IMG/VR virus record: IMGVR_UViG_3300036715_002161
Span: 1 to 64,000 of that record
From: a virus
Direction: 5' to 3' (one strand)
Length of the DNA stretch: 64,000 nucleotides
The notes below the pieces were generated by a model. That model saw only the letters and a list, made by a program, of their open reading frames with translations, searched no databases and was not told where the DNA came from. This document shows positions 55,160-64,000 of this stretch, in pieces; positions within the stretch are counted from its first letter, which is position 1, and each line of letters starts with the position of its first letter. The translations under genes were made by a program, and so were the position numbers.

Positions 55160-55666
55160 TTTGTCAAAGCCCTTTTCCAAACTTTTCGTTTGAAATCAAG
55201 TACTTACCTTCCCAACTGACAAACTGACAAACTTTCTTGAAAAAAATGCCCCCACCTCTATATAAAAAGCTCTATTAGAACGAAAGTATGACAACCTCTA
55301 TATATATATATAATATAATATAATATAATATATATATATAGAACAAGGGGTTAGCTCTTTTTTGTAGAGACCCAGGCTTTTCCTTTTATAGAGGTTGGCA
55401 AATAATTTTATGCTGTAGACAGAAAAGATGTGCCATTTTCACGAAAAGTTTTGTCAGTTTGTCAATAATGGGGTTAAGTGCTTGATTTTAAAAAGAAATC
55501 CAACTGACAAAACTATTTTCCCATTTGTCAATAACTGACAAAGTATAGATAACTCTTTGTTTTAATTAACTTTTTTAATTTGTCCATTTTGTCAATAAAA
55601 TCCAAAAATTGACAAACTGACAAAATGCCTCTGACAGACTTTTGGAGTTTTGTCAGTAATTTGTCA
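55160..55666. other. Origin-like palindromic region with TGACAAA iterons, two IHF-consensus sites and a central (TA/TAA) tract
   Basis: Inverted arms 55193-55250/55432-55488; AATCAAGTACTTA and its inverted AATCAAGCACTTA match WATCAANNNNTTR; AT core at 55297-55342. Confidence 0.65.
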
Positions 55667-55683
55667 TAGACTAAAATAATGCA

Positions 55684-56088
55684 ATGACTGATGTATTGCT
55701 TACCCGACAACTTCACCAGGCCGACAGGGCCGGTAGACACTACGACTACCGAATTGTAATTGGTGACAAGGCCTTGTCTTGGGCCACTAAAAAAGAAATG
55801 CCCGACCCAGGGAAATCCATTGTCTTATGGGAACAACCGGTTCATACTGCCTCTTATGCTCTTACAGAGAATCTGGTAATTCCCAAGGGTAACTACGGAG
55901 CTGGTACTACAGAGCTCCAGTTTGTAAGAAAGGCTACTATGGAAGACCACGGTAAGGATACTTATACTTTGAATGTCAAAGATGGGTCTAGATTTTTGTT
56001 GAAGAAGATACCAGCCTACGGAGAAACGGCCTGGCTGTTTAAAAATATGCCTAATAAATACTTAGAGAAGCTATCTCACTATGCGTAA
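55684..56088 (+). CDS. LigD 3'-phosphoesterase (PE) domain protein
   Basis: H.A..AGRHYDYRI..ALSWA..K..P; H...Y...IPKGNYGAG. Confidence 0.8.
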   Translation: MTDVLLTRQLHQADRAGRHYDYRIVIGDKALSWATKKEMPDPGKSIVLWEQPVHTASYALTENLVIPKGNYGAGTTELQFVRKATMEDHGKDTYTLNVKDGSRFLLKKIPAYGETAWLFKNMPNKYLEKLSHYA

Positions 56089-56776
56089 ATCCAGAAGACC
56101 AAAAACCTCCTTGAGAGAGTCACCCTATTCACTACCAGAACAGGCATATCATAGAGAGCCTGAACCGATAAGACCTAAGACGGCAAACCAGGATAGATAC
56201 ATCAAAGCAATCAAGACGGGTAAGGTAATCTTTGGTACCGGCTCTGCCGGGTCTGGTAAAAGCTTTATTGCAGCCTCCATGGCTGCCGATATGATTCGTA
56301 ACGGGGAATTCAGCAAGTTACTGATCATTCGACCAGCAGTAGGGGCCCAGGAGGACCTTGGATTTATACCCGGGGAATTGGAAGAGAAGTATGCCCCTTA
56401 TATTTTCCCAATTAAGGAAATCCTATACGAACGGCTGGGCAAGAGCCAGACAGATTATATGCTTAAGGTTGGTAAGATTGAAGGTGCCCCGATTGCCTTC
56501 CTTAGAGGTAGGACTTTTAAGGATTGTGTCGTCCTTGTGGATGAAGCTCAGAATATTACTCCCGGACAGATGAAACTAATACTTACTCGTATCGGAGAAA
56601 ACTGCAAAATGATTATTACTGGTGACTCAAGCCAAAGGGATCTGACTGGCAAGTCAGGATTAAATGATGCCATAGAAAAGATTGGCTGGATTCCTCAGGT
56701 TAAGGTAGTTACCTTTACGGCTGCTGATGTTGTCCGGTCTGGTATTTGTGGAGATATTGTTTCCAGCTATGAATAA
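56081..56776 (+). CDS. phoH: PhoH-family ATPase
   Basis: GSAGSGKS, RPAV, LGFIPG, FLRGRTF, DEAQN, LTRIG, GDSSQ.D. Confidence 0.93.
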   Translation: MRKSRRPKTSLRESPYSLPEQAYHREPEPIRPKTANQDRYIKAIKTGKVIFGTGSAGSGKSFIAASMAADMIRNGEFSKLLIIRPAVGAQEDLGFIPGELEEKYAPYIFPIKEILYERLGKSQTDYMLKVGKIEGAPIAFLRGRTFKDCVVLVDEAQNITPGQMKLILTRIGENCKMIITGDSSQRDLTGKSGLNDAIEKIGWIPQVKVVTFTAADVVRSGICGDIVSSYE

Positions 56777-58340
56777 GTACCTAGAAAAAATAGCCTTGGA
56801 CTTAATGGGTCTTACTCATCCCTTAAAGCCTTCAGTCTTAAAGGCTGGAGCCTTGAAATTTAAAAGTCTGAGGGCTGCTGACACCTTTAAAATTCCCGCT
56901 AAAGTAATGGGTTTAGACAAGGCTGCTGCCGACCTTTCTCCTAGACAGGAAAAAGCCTTGAAGAAGATGGATGACACAGGCGGAGTAATTCTCAACCATT
57001 CTACTGGTAGTGGTAAAACTAGAGTCTTTTTAGTTGCCGCCCAGAGAGCTTTAGAGGCCAATCCCAACAAAAGGGCCTTACTAGTGGCCCCGGCCAGTCT
57101 GACTAATAACGTCGACAAAGAGATCTTAAAACACAATATTAAGCTAGACCGGGACAGATTGGATGTACTGTCTTATGAAAAGGCCGTCATTGACTCTGAC
57201 AAGCTTTCAAAAAATAAGTATGCCTTGGCTATTGCTGATGAAGCCCAGAAGCTCCGCAATATAGGAACCAAAAGACACTCCGTTATTTCTGAGCTTTTTA
57301 AAGACTCTGACAAAAGACTGTTGGCCTCGGCCACTCCTGACTACAATAATGTTTCTGATATCGGGGCCATGGTAAACTTGGCCGCTGGTAGCAAGGTTAT
57401 GCCTGAGGGAAAGCAAGCCTTTGACGAAAGGTATGTTGATAAAAAGATGGTCTCGGCCCCTATTCTACAACGTATCTTTGGTGCCCCGCCAAAAGAAGTC
57501 TCCAATATTAAAAATAAAAAAGAGCTGGCCTCAGTGGTCAATAAATATTCTGACTACTACAACAGCAGCGAAGACCCAGAGTCGGCCAAGCATTTTGCCC
57601 GCAAAGAAGAGAAGGTCATAGACGTCAAGATGAGTGCCCTTCAGCACCGTCTTTATAAGTATTCGGAAGATAGTCTACCTTGGCACCTCAAGATTAAAAT
57701 CCGGGCTGGTATGCCTTTAGATAAAAAAGACTCTGCCCAGATACAGGCCTTTAGTTCTAACATTAGACAAATCTCTAATTCTACCAGGAAGTACCTGCCT
57801 AATTACGAAGATCCTACTCCCAAGATTAAGGCCGCAGTAGATAGTCTGGAAAAAGACTACCGGACAAACAAGGAATTCCGTGGAGTGGTCTACTCCAATT
57901 TCCTGGAGGCTGGCCTTAATGACTACTCAAGAGAATTGACCAAAAGAAAGATACCACATAATATATTTACCGGTTCTTTGAACAAAAATCAAAAAAGCGC
58001 AATGGAAGAAGAGTATAATACTGGCAAGGTACCGGTCTTATTGATTTCTAGTTCTGGTGCCGAAGGACTTAACCTTTTAAAAACCAGGAAGCTTCAGATC
58101 CTGGAAAATCACTGGAATGAGTCTAAGATTAAACAGGTAATGGGTAGATCTATTAGATATGATTCTCATAAAGATTTACCAGAGAAAGATCGGGTAGTAG
58201 AAATTGAAAGATATAACTCAGTCTTCCCCGATGGAATCCTTGGCAAGTCTAGGAGTAATAGTATTGATACCTATATGATGCATAATGCAGCCCACAAACA
58301 AAGTCTGTCAGATCAGATGAATAAACTATATGATAGGTGA
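56769..58340 (+). CDS. SNF2-like SF2 helicase with an MNKYLEKIA leader
   Basis: HSTGSGKT, DEAQ, SATP, SSSGAEGLNL, QVMGRSIR. Confidence 0.88.
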   Translation: MNKYLEKIALDLMGLTHPLKPSVLKAGALKFKSLRAADTFKIPAKVMGLDKAAADLSPRQEKALKKMDDTGGVILNHSTGSGKTRVFLVAAQRALEANPNKRALLVAPASLTNNVDKEILKHNIKLDRDRLDVLSYEKAVIDSDKLSKNKYALAIADEAQKLRNIGTKRHSVISELFKDSDKRLLASATPDYNNVSDIGAMVNLAAGSKVMPEGKQAFDERYVDKKMVSAPILQRIFGAPPKEVSNIKNKKELASVVNKYSDYYNSSEDPESAKHFARKEEKVIDVKMSALQHRLYKYSEDSLPWHLKIKIRAGMPLDKKDSAQIQAFSSNIRQISNSTRKYLPNYEDPTPKIKAAVDSLEKDYRTNKEFRGVVYSNFLEAGLNDYSRELTKRKIPHNIFTGSLNKNQKSAMEEEYNTGKVPVLLISSSGAEGLNLLKTRKLQILENHWNESKIKQVMGRSIRYDSHKDLPEKDRVVEIERYNSVFPDGILGKSRSNSIDTYMMHNAAHKQSLSDQMNKLYDR

Positions 58341-58651
58341 CTATGAATTCAATTTGTAGAATAGGTGATATTGTAACCGGCACATGTCTAGTAAGTACCA
58401 CTGGACACCCAAGAAGTTTTACCGGGACTTGGACTACTGGAAGTCAAGTGGTTTTTGCTGACAACATAGGGGTAGTCAGACTTGGGGACTCTGGTATTAC
58501 TGATTGTAATCATACTTTTATAGCAATAACTGGATCTCCTTATAGCACCGTAGAAGGACTGCCTTTGATCAAGGTAGGGGATACTGTTGAAGTAATAGGT
58601 GGTGGTACCGGAACTGCAATAACTGGTAGCCCTATGGGAGACTCCTTCTAA
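58337..58651 (+). CDS. PAAR-like spike tip protein
   Basis: RIGD..C..H..TGS; RLGD..C.H..ITGS; KVGD..ITGS. Confidence 0.75.
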   Translation: MTMNSICRIGDIVTGTCLVSTTGHPRSFTGTWTTGSQVVFADNIGVVRLGDSGITDCNHTFIAITGSPYSTVEGLPLIKVGDTVEVIGGGTGTAITGSPMGDSF

Positions 58652-59529
58652 TGTTTACTAGGGCCAAATACAAACAAGGACAAGACTGGACCTCTTTGGA
58701 AAATCCGGCGGCATCGGTCAAACTGGACGGTGGTCATTATTTTTTGGCAATAGACAACCATGGAGAAGCCAAGTTTATCAGTCGTCGTAAAGGGGTTAAG
58801 GGTAATTACCCAGAAAGACAGGCAAGCCTACCTCACCTGTCTGGTCCTTACCCAGAAGACTTTAGAGGAAACGTATTTTCGGTCGAGCTTATCCATACTG
58901 GCCACCACCCAGGTCCAGAATCCCATCCTCAGGCCTCTGGAATTTTAAATAGTCTACCAGATAGGGCAATGGCCACCCAAGTTGCCACAGGCCCAATTAG
59001 GGCAGTCTTATTAGATGTAATACACCCCGCCCTTCCTACTTATGGTCAGAAGATCTCATATTTGAAATCCCTGGAAACCCAGTATAATAAACCAAATGTA
59101 TTATATGCTATACCAGTAGAAACTAATCCCAGTAGAATTGCTGACCTTATTGACTCTACTCGCAGTGAAGGTAGAGAGGGTGTAATCATTACCTCAATGA
59201 CCGCCCCCGAGACTAATAACCCTAGGATAAAAATAAAGCACTGTCAGACTTATAACTTGGTAGTGACTGGAATCACTCAGGAGGTAGGTCAAGACACGCG
59301 GCCAAAAGAATCAGCCGGGGCCTTGATTGTATCGGACTCTACTGGTAGAGAAGTAGCCTCGGTAGGCACTGGTCTAAGTCATGATCTTCGTAAAGAAATA
59401 TGGAAAAACAAACCAGCCTGGATTGGTAAACTTATTCAGGTCAAGACCTTCGGCCTTAAGGTAAACCGACTTGCTTCCCCTGTATTCAATGGGGATGCCG
59501 ATGGTGAAGTTGATACCATACCGAGCTAA
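58651..59529 (+). CDS. Minimal ATP-dependent DNA ligase
   Basis: VKLDG, SRR, EGVII, KIK and an OB fold with VGTGLS. Confidence 0.85.
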   Translation: MFTRAKYKQGQDWTSLENPAASVKLDGGHYFLAIDNHGEAKFISRRKGVKGNYPERQASLPHLSGPYPEDFRGNVFSVELIHTGHHPGPESHPQASGILNSLPDRAMATQVATGPIRAVLLDVIHPALPTYGQKISYLKSLETQYNKPNVLYAIPVETNPSRIADLIDSTRSEGREGVIITSMTAPETNNPRIKIKHCQTYNLVVTGITQEVGQDTRPKESAGALIVSDSTGREVASVGTGLSHDLRKEIWKNKPAWIGKLIQVKTFGLKVNRLASPVFNGDADGEVDTIPS

Positions 59530-59538
59530 AATAGTCCT

Positions 59539-60093
59539 ATGACAGAATTAGAATCAAAAATAATTGAGCAGATTATCCAGGCCTATAAAAATCAGGGAGT
59601 GAACCCTAGAAAAATAATGGATAACCCTATTTTTCTACACCTGCCCCTGGCATCAAAAATAGAAGTAATTAAGCAATATAGCTTGGCCTTGAGGTCTAAT
59701 CCAGAAACCTCTGCCGCCAATACAGCCATACAGGCACTTAAATCTGGGCTGTCGGGAGCCGTCCTGTCTGCTGGCATATCTGGCCTCAGTCAGAAGACAA
59801 AACTGCTGAGTCCATTAGTAAGAGGCCCAAAAGGGTTTAATTCAACTAACCTTGCATATGCCGCTGGAATCGGGGCAAGTCTAGGTATTATTAAAAGTTT
59901 AGTCTTTTCGCAAATGAAAAGAATGGATGACCAAAGATTTAGCAATATGGTGGCCAATAATTCCCCAGAGACGGTACTTGGTATCAATTATACAACTGGA
60001 AAACTAAATCCAGAATCAGTAAATTCAAACCCTATTATTTCTCAACTGAGTTTGATGAACAATGTATTACATGGCGAGATACATAGAGGATGA
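59539..60093 (+). CDS. Hypothetical glycine-zipper protein
   Basis: ORF directly after the TAAAATA motif. Confidence 0.6.
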   Translation: MTELESKIIEQIIQAYKNQGVNPRKIMDNPIFLHLPLASKIEVIKQYSLALRSNPETSAANTAIQALKSGLSGAVLSAGISGLSQKTKLLSPLVRGPKGFNSTNLAYAAGIGASLGIIKSLVFSQMKRMDDQRFSNMVANNSPETVLGINYTTGKLNPESVNSNPIISQLSLMNNVLHGEIHRG

Positions 60094-60118
60094 ACCTCAT
60101 TAATAAGGTAAATATAGG

Positions 60119-60976
60119 ATGTTAGCACACAATTTAAAGGAGATCCTTACACTGATCCCAGAAGCCTCCGAACTAGTAAAACAGGCTTCTATAGAAGAAG
60201 AGTTCCCTACAAATAATAAGGACTCGGTCTGCGCCTCCTACCTACGTATGAATTACTTGACCAAGGTGGCCAATCTAAATATTGCCCCAGAGACTAAATC
60301 TAAGATTATCAAGGCAGCCTCTTTGTATCAAGTAAGAGACAGACTGGACACGATGTCTAGAAAGTTTAATCCATCGCTTGAAAAGACGGCCAGTCAAAAG
60401 GCCGATGAATTAATTATTGAATTTGAAGACAGCGTTGGCAATCCTTTGGGCTTAGAAAAAATAGCCTCTTTGGCCGAAGCAATTGTTGACCAGGATTTAA
60501 ACCTATATAATAATCCTATGGTAGACTTATATGCCGTAAAGGGTTGGTTAAATAAAGAGGCCGCAGTAAAGACCTTAGCCAACCGCTTCTATCAGACCAA
60601 AGATCAAGACTTTGTCAAAATTGCCCGTATGGTTTTGGACAATGTAAGAGAAGACGACCAGAGTCAAATTAGACAAGTCTGCCGGACTGTGACCCAGTTG
60701 GATAAACGAGCAGGCCTAGACCTTATTGGGTTCAACTTCTATAAAGAGGCCCTTATTACAAAAGAAGCTGCCTTTAAGTCAGTATTAAAGATTAAGCTTT
60801 TAAACAAAGAAATTCCATACGAGACTATTGCCAAATTTGGCAAAGAGCGTATTGGTCAAGTCTTGGGTAGTTCTGTCTCAGAAGGTATGAATGACGACCC
60901 CGTCAATAATAAGTATCTTATCGAGTCCCTACCTAAAGATTTACAGACAGTCTTGGTAAAGGTATTAAATGTCTGA
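60119..60976 (+). CDS. Putative virion protein rich in K-x-A motifs
   Basis: VKQA, TKVA, IKAA, EKTA, EKIA, NKEA, DKRA, TKEA. Confidence 0.65.
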   Translation: MLAHNLKEILTLIPEASELVKQASIEEEFPTNNKDSVCASYLRMNYLTKVANLNIAPETKSKIIKAASLYQVRDRLDTMSRKFNPSLEKTASQKADELIIEFEDSVGNPLGLEKIASLAEAIVDQDLNLYNNPMVDLYAVKGWLNKEAAVKTLANRFYQTKDQDFVKIARMVLDNVREDDQSQIRQVCRTVTQLDKRAGLDLIGFNFYKEALITKEAAFKSVLKIKLLNKEIPYETIAKFGKERIGQVLGSSVSEGMNDDPVNNKYLIESLPKDLQTVLVKVLNV

Positions 60977-61502
60977 CCTTGGATTAGCCTCCTTAAAGGA
61001 TATTAGAGATAACCTGGACCGTATATTTGGTGAGGGTCTTTGGGAAAACCTTGAGACGGAAACCATTTCTCTTACCTTGGATGTTGTCCTAGACCCTTTG
61101 GCCAGAGACAAAATCTCTTTGTTAAGGGTATTGGCTCATGACCCCGACCTATTTTTTGAAGATCCTATGGTATTTCTACATGGTGTAGAGGTTATTAATA
61201 ATAATGTGGCCGACTTCGATTTCCTGCCCGTCCCCTCTACCTTGGAGGCAATATATGCCATTGACCAGGTCAATGAACTTATTGACGAACCGGTTAAAGT
61301 CTCTGACTTTTCTCTTGGGGTAAAAAAAACCTTGGCCAACATTTTGGTCCAAGATGGATTTTCCCACATACCAAGCCAACTCTCTGGGGTACCCTTGGGT
61401 TGGATAACCAACTTTCCGGAGACACAAGATAAGACAGATGTTTCAAACCGGGACTTGGCAATTAAGGCCTACTCTAAACATATGATGGATGAGCAAAAAT
61501 AA
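60969..61502 (+). CDS. Hypothetical protein
   Basis: Overlap-coupled acidic ORF. Confidence 0.6.
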   Translation: MSDLGLASLKDIRDNLDRIFGEGLWENLETETISLTLDVVLDPLARDKISLLRVLAHDPDLFFEDPMVFLHGVEVINNNVADFDFLPVPSTLEAIYAIDQVNELIDEPVKVSDFSLGVKKTLANILVQDGFSHIPSQLSGVPLGWITNFPETQDKTDVSNRDLAIKAYSKHMMDEQK

Positions 61503-61906
61503 TGGAATACATGTTAGGTCAACCCATTACCATAGTATTTCCCAGTCAAGGATTAATTTCAGGTCTTACTAGTTTCCCAGATCTTAGAATTTTTGTAGAT
61601 GGTGTCCTGACACCTGAAACAGTAACTTTTAGGGACTTGAGCAATGGGTTATATTCTATGTCTTTTAACTCCAATGCTTCTGGTGCCTATACCGTGTACA
61701 TTCAAGGAGCCATTCAAACTAGGTTCAATGTTGTAACCCGTGATGTCTATAGCTTCCTTAGAAATATAGAAGATGAGGCCATAGGCAGTTGGACTTGGAA
61801 TAAAGTAACCGGAGTAATGTCTATTATAAGACAAGATAGTTCTATTCTCGGTACATTTAAAATAATTGACACAGCAGACTCCTCTTCCAGAGAGCGTCTA
61901 GGCTAA
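61502..61906 (+). CDS. Hypothetical Ig-like structural protein
   Basis: NGLYSMSF...GAYTVYI; followed by a terminator. Confidence 0.55.
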   Translation: MEYMLGQPITIVFPSQGLISGLTSFPDLRIFVDGVLTPETVTFRDLSNGLYSMSFNSNASGAYTVYIQGAIQTRFNVVTRDVYSFLRNIEDEAIGSWTWNKVTGVMSIIRQDSSILGTFKIIDTADSSSRERLG

Positions 61907-61946
61907 AAAAATCCCGAAAGTATTTTCCGGGATTAGGGATTTTTTC
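61905..61946. terminator. Bidirectional terminator
   Basis: AAAAAAATCCCG...CGGGATT/GGGATTTTTT between convergent genes. Confidence 0.65.
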
Positions 61947-62834
61947 TTAGGCCGCCAACAAAATAGCCTTATCAAATTCTATAGAAGCTATTTTCATCAG
62001 AGTATCAATATTTGATCCGGGAAGGGTATAACCGCTCTGCCAGGAGTCTTGACTTACTAATTCTCTCAAGTATTTAAAATCTGTATGCCTATAAATACAC
62101 CCAGAGTCTAACCCGATGTCAATTCTGTGGTAATCAATATCTTTGGCATAGTAGATATTTTGTACCACAGAAAAAGCCGTGGCCGCAACCAAAACATTAA
62201 TAGCCATAGTCTGATCCAGGTCAGCGCAGCTGGCCGTAGAAGTAGTCTCAACCATCTGATTAAAATAGTCTACATCCATATACAGAGAAGGTACTCTAAC
62301 ACTAAAGGGGACACTCTTATTACTTATAAGTTTTTCCAAGATTTCTCCAGAGGCTTGACATGCACTTGGACTACTAGTCCCCATTACTTTTACCTGGCCA
62401 TAATTATCTCCATTACCAGTATCTATGATTATGCCTACCACTGAATTGGCGGAAATCCATGCCTGAATATCTTTCCTAGAGGATACCGAGTCTACACATA
62501 GTATGTGTAATGCTACTTCACCATACTCCATAGTATTAGACTGTGAATCTGTAATTGAGGTAGTCTCTGCCTTAATATTAATATCATAGGCTTTGGCATA
62601 CCGAGCAGCTAATACCTCTGACTTATATTTACCGACGTCAGAAGTCACAAAATTTTGTCTACTTAAATTTTTAGCCTCTACAGTGTCAAAATCAAAAAGG
62701 ACAATCTCCGGATTAATTACATGTGGCAGACTTTTAAGAAACTGAGCCACCAATGGAACCAGTCTAGAACCAGTTCCACCACATCCATGTATGTATACTT
62801 TGTTAGGAAATAGGCTTGAAGTGTTATATATCAT
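61947..62834 (-). CDS. ThiF/E1-like adenylyltransferase (PRTRC-like)
   Basis: GCGGTGS, DFDTVEAKNLSRQNF, CVDS, DTGN, SCADLDQ. Confidence 0.9.
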   Translation of the reverse strand: MIYNTSSLFPNKVYIHGCGGTGSRLVPLVAQFLKSLPHVINPEIVLFDFDTVEAKNLSRQNFVTSDVGKYKSEVLAARYAKAYDINIKAETTSITDSQSNTMEYGEVALHILCVDSVSSRKDIQAWISANSVVGIIIDTGNGDNYGQVKVMGTSSPSACQASGEILEKLISNKSVPFSVRVPSLYMDVDYFNQMVETTSTASCADLDQTMAINVLVAATAFSVVQNIYYAKDIDYHRIDIGLDSGCIYRHTDFKYLRELVSQDSWQSGYTLPGSNIDTLMKIASIEFDKAILLAA

Positions 62835-62841
62835 TTCTTAT

Positions 62842-63837
62842 TTATCCTATAAATCCGTTGGTCGCATAGTGTCTTCTGCCATTTTCTGTCAGATTCTGAT
62901 AGGCTTCATTAATAATAAGTTTTAGATTTTCATCATTGTGATGATTGTCCATTACAAAATCAAGGGCATCTCCGATTATATATTCATAGTCATCATCCCC
63001 TAGTCCTACGGGATCAATGTCTTCCAGTCGTCTACGTCTACCACCATTATCAAAATCTACGGGAGGGATAATATAATCATCCTCTTGAAAGCCATACAGC
63101 TTAGAGCTTTCCTGGTCATAAAAAGGAGTGATCTGTCCGTATTTGGGGGGATAATTATGTGGCTCCGGAACAGAAATTTGATCTAGCCAGGTAGGATCGA
63201 TTTGTACTATGTCCAAAGAGGGTATCTCAAAGATCTCATCAACTTGTACTGGATAGTTAAGTTCACGGAAGTTGAACCGGAACACCATGGTAGGCTCCTT
63301 GTCCAGATTACCAATTACTCCTGAATAATAGATACAGCCTTTATCATTATTATTGTCTGTACCACTAAAGAAGCTACTCATTGTATTATGGGAGTGCATG
63401 TCTAAGACAATAATACTGCCTGATGGTAGAGTGCTTGCATCATACGAAAAAGATACTGCCGCCTTTGATACCGTCTGTTTCGGGACCGAGACATGATACC
63501 CCTTTTCTTTTGTCCATAAGACAAAACAGTGGGCTTCATATTCAGCCTTCTTATGAGTAATTACTTCTTTAAAAAACTTGGTGATTTGATGGAGAATAGA
63601 CTTTGGGATTTTGCCATCTGGTAAGAAGTTCAGTTCCTCTTTTAATTTGTCTCCGTCACCAACTGCTTCTGCCGGTAGGCTTGGGATTTTCAGGCGGACA
63701 CTACGACCACCTACCAGGTTTTGATGTTTTAGAAACCCATCAGAAGTCGTTACATAGATGGTTGAATAGGATCCGACTACATCTTTGAATTCATCTTCTG
63801 AACAAACACAGGAGACATATGGTACAAGAATTTTCAT
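62842..63837 (-). CDS. JAB/MPN+ metallopeptidase (PRTRC protein A-like)
   Basis: EAH...VPKQTVS...DMHSHNTMSSFFSGTD. Confidence 0.88.
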   Translation of the reverse strand: MKILVPYVSCVCSEDEFKDVVGSYSTIYVTTSDGFLKHQNLVGGRSVRLKIPSLPAEAVGDGDKLKEELNFLPDGKIPKSILHQITKFFKEVITHKKAEYEAHCFVLWTKEKGYHVSVPKQTVSKAAVSFSYDASTLPSGSIIVLDMHSHNTMSSFFSGTDNNNDKGCIYYSGVIGNLDKEPTMVFRFNFRELNYPVQVDEIFEIPSLDIVQIDPTWLDQISVPEPHNYPPKYGQITPFYDQESSKLYGFQEDDYIIPPVDFDNGGRRRRLEDIDPVGLGDDDYEYIIGDALDFVMDNHHNDENLKLIINEAYQNLTENGRRHYATNGFIG

Positions 63838-63850
63838 TTTTAAGTCCTCG

Positions 63851-64000
63851 TCATGCTAATTGGTGTAAAGTTGGCAATATTTCACTCAGGTCATTCGCCA
63901 CAGGAGTTGGAGCTAGATGTGGACTATCCCGTAGCATATAGTACGGAAAGGTTTCGGCATCTTCTAGGATTTTATACCAGGAGGAAACATTGCCTCTGAA
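63851..64000 (-). CDS. C-terminal end of an upstream gene, possibly prokaryotic E2-like (partial)
   Basis: Open frame ...SSWYKILEDAETFPYYML...HQLA*; located upstream of JAB and E1. Confidence 0.4.
   Translation of the reverse strand, partial: FRGNVSSWYKILEDAETFPYYMLRDSPHLAPTPVANDLSEILPTLHQLA

Noticed and set aside
36850-55680. Integron integrase or other tyrosine recombinase
   Set aside because: No ORF of suitable size with the R..HxxR..Y signature is present here or elsewhere in the window.
1-64000. tRNA or rRNA genes
   Set aside because: No cloverleaf with a T-loop consensus or rRNA-like segment was noticed by eye; tRNAscan-SE was not run.

Overview
A 64-kb segment of a large, myovirus-like tailed phage, probably infecting a Gram-negative (Beta/Gammaproteobacterial) host. 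The + strand carries a multisubunit RNA polymerase in three pieces (beta fused to the beta' N-terminus, a catalytic beta' middle, and a beta' C-terminus 9 kb away), a head operon (protease, repetitive K-x-A-motif proteins, decoration protein, major capsid), neck, sheath, tube and spike genes, and a LigD-PE/PhoH/SNF2/PAAR/ligase block. The - strand carries early/accessory islands: nucleotide metabolism (dCMP deaminase, DHFR, ThyA and ThyX), envelope proteins including a PEP-CTERM protein, a nucleotidyltransferase, a PRTRC-like ubiquitin E1/JAB module, and about 16 kb of small genes. The most striking feature is that 40.6-52.6 kb is punctuated by at least seven complete and several partial integron attC-like sites, three with the canonical extrahelical bases. 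All genes there run antisense to the attC top strand, and start or stop codons lie inside the sites. No integrase is visible in the window. A retron-type reverse transcriptase with a structured ~250-nt upstream region sits at the head of this array, next to a ~300-bp palindromic origin-like element. All calls come from reading the sequence and recalling motifs; no searches or folding were run.
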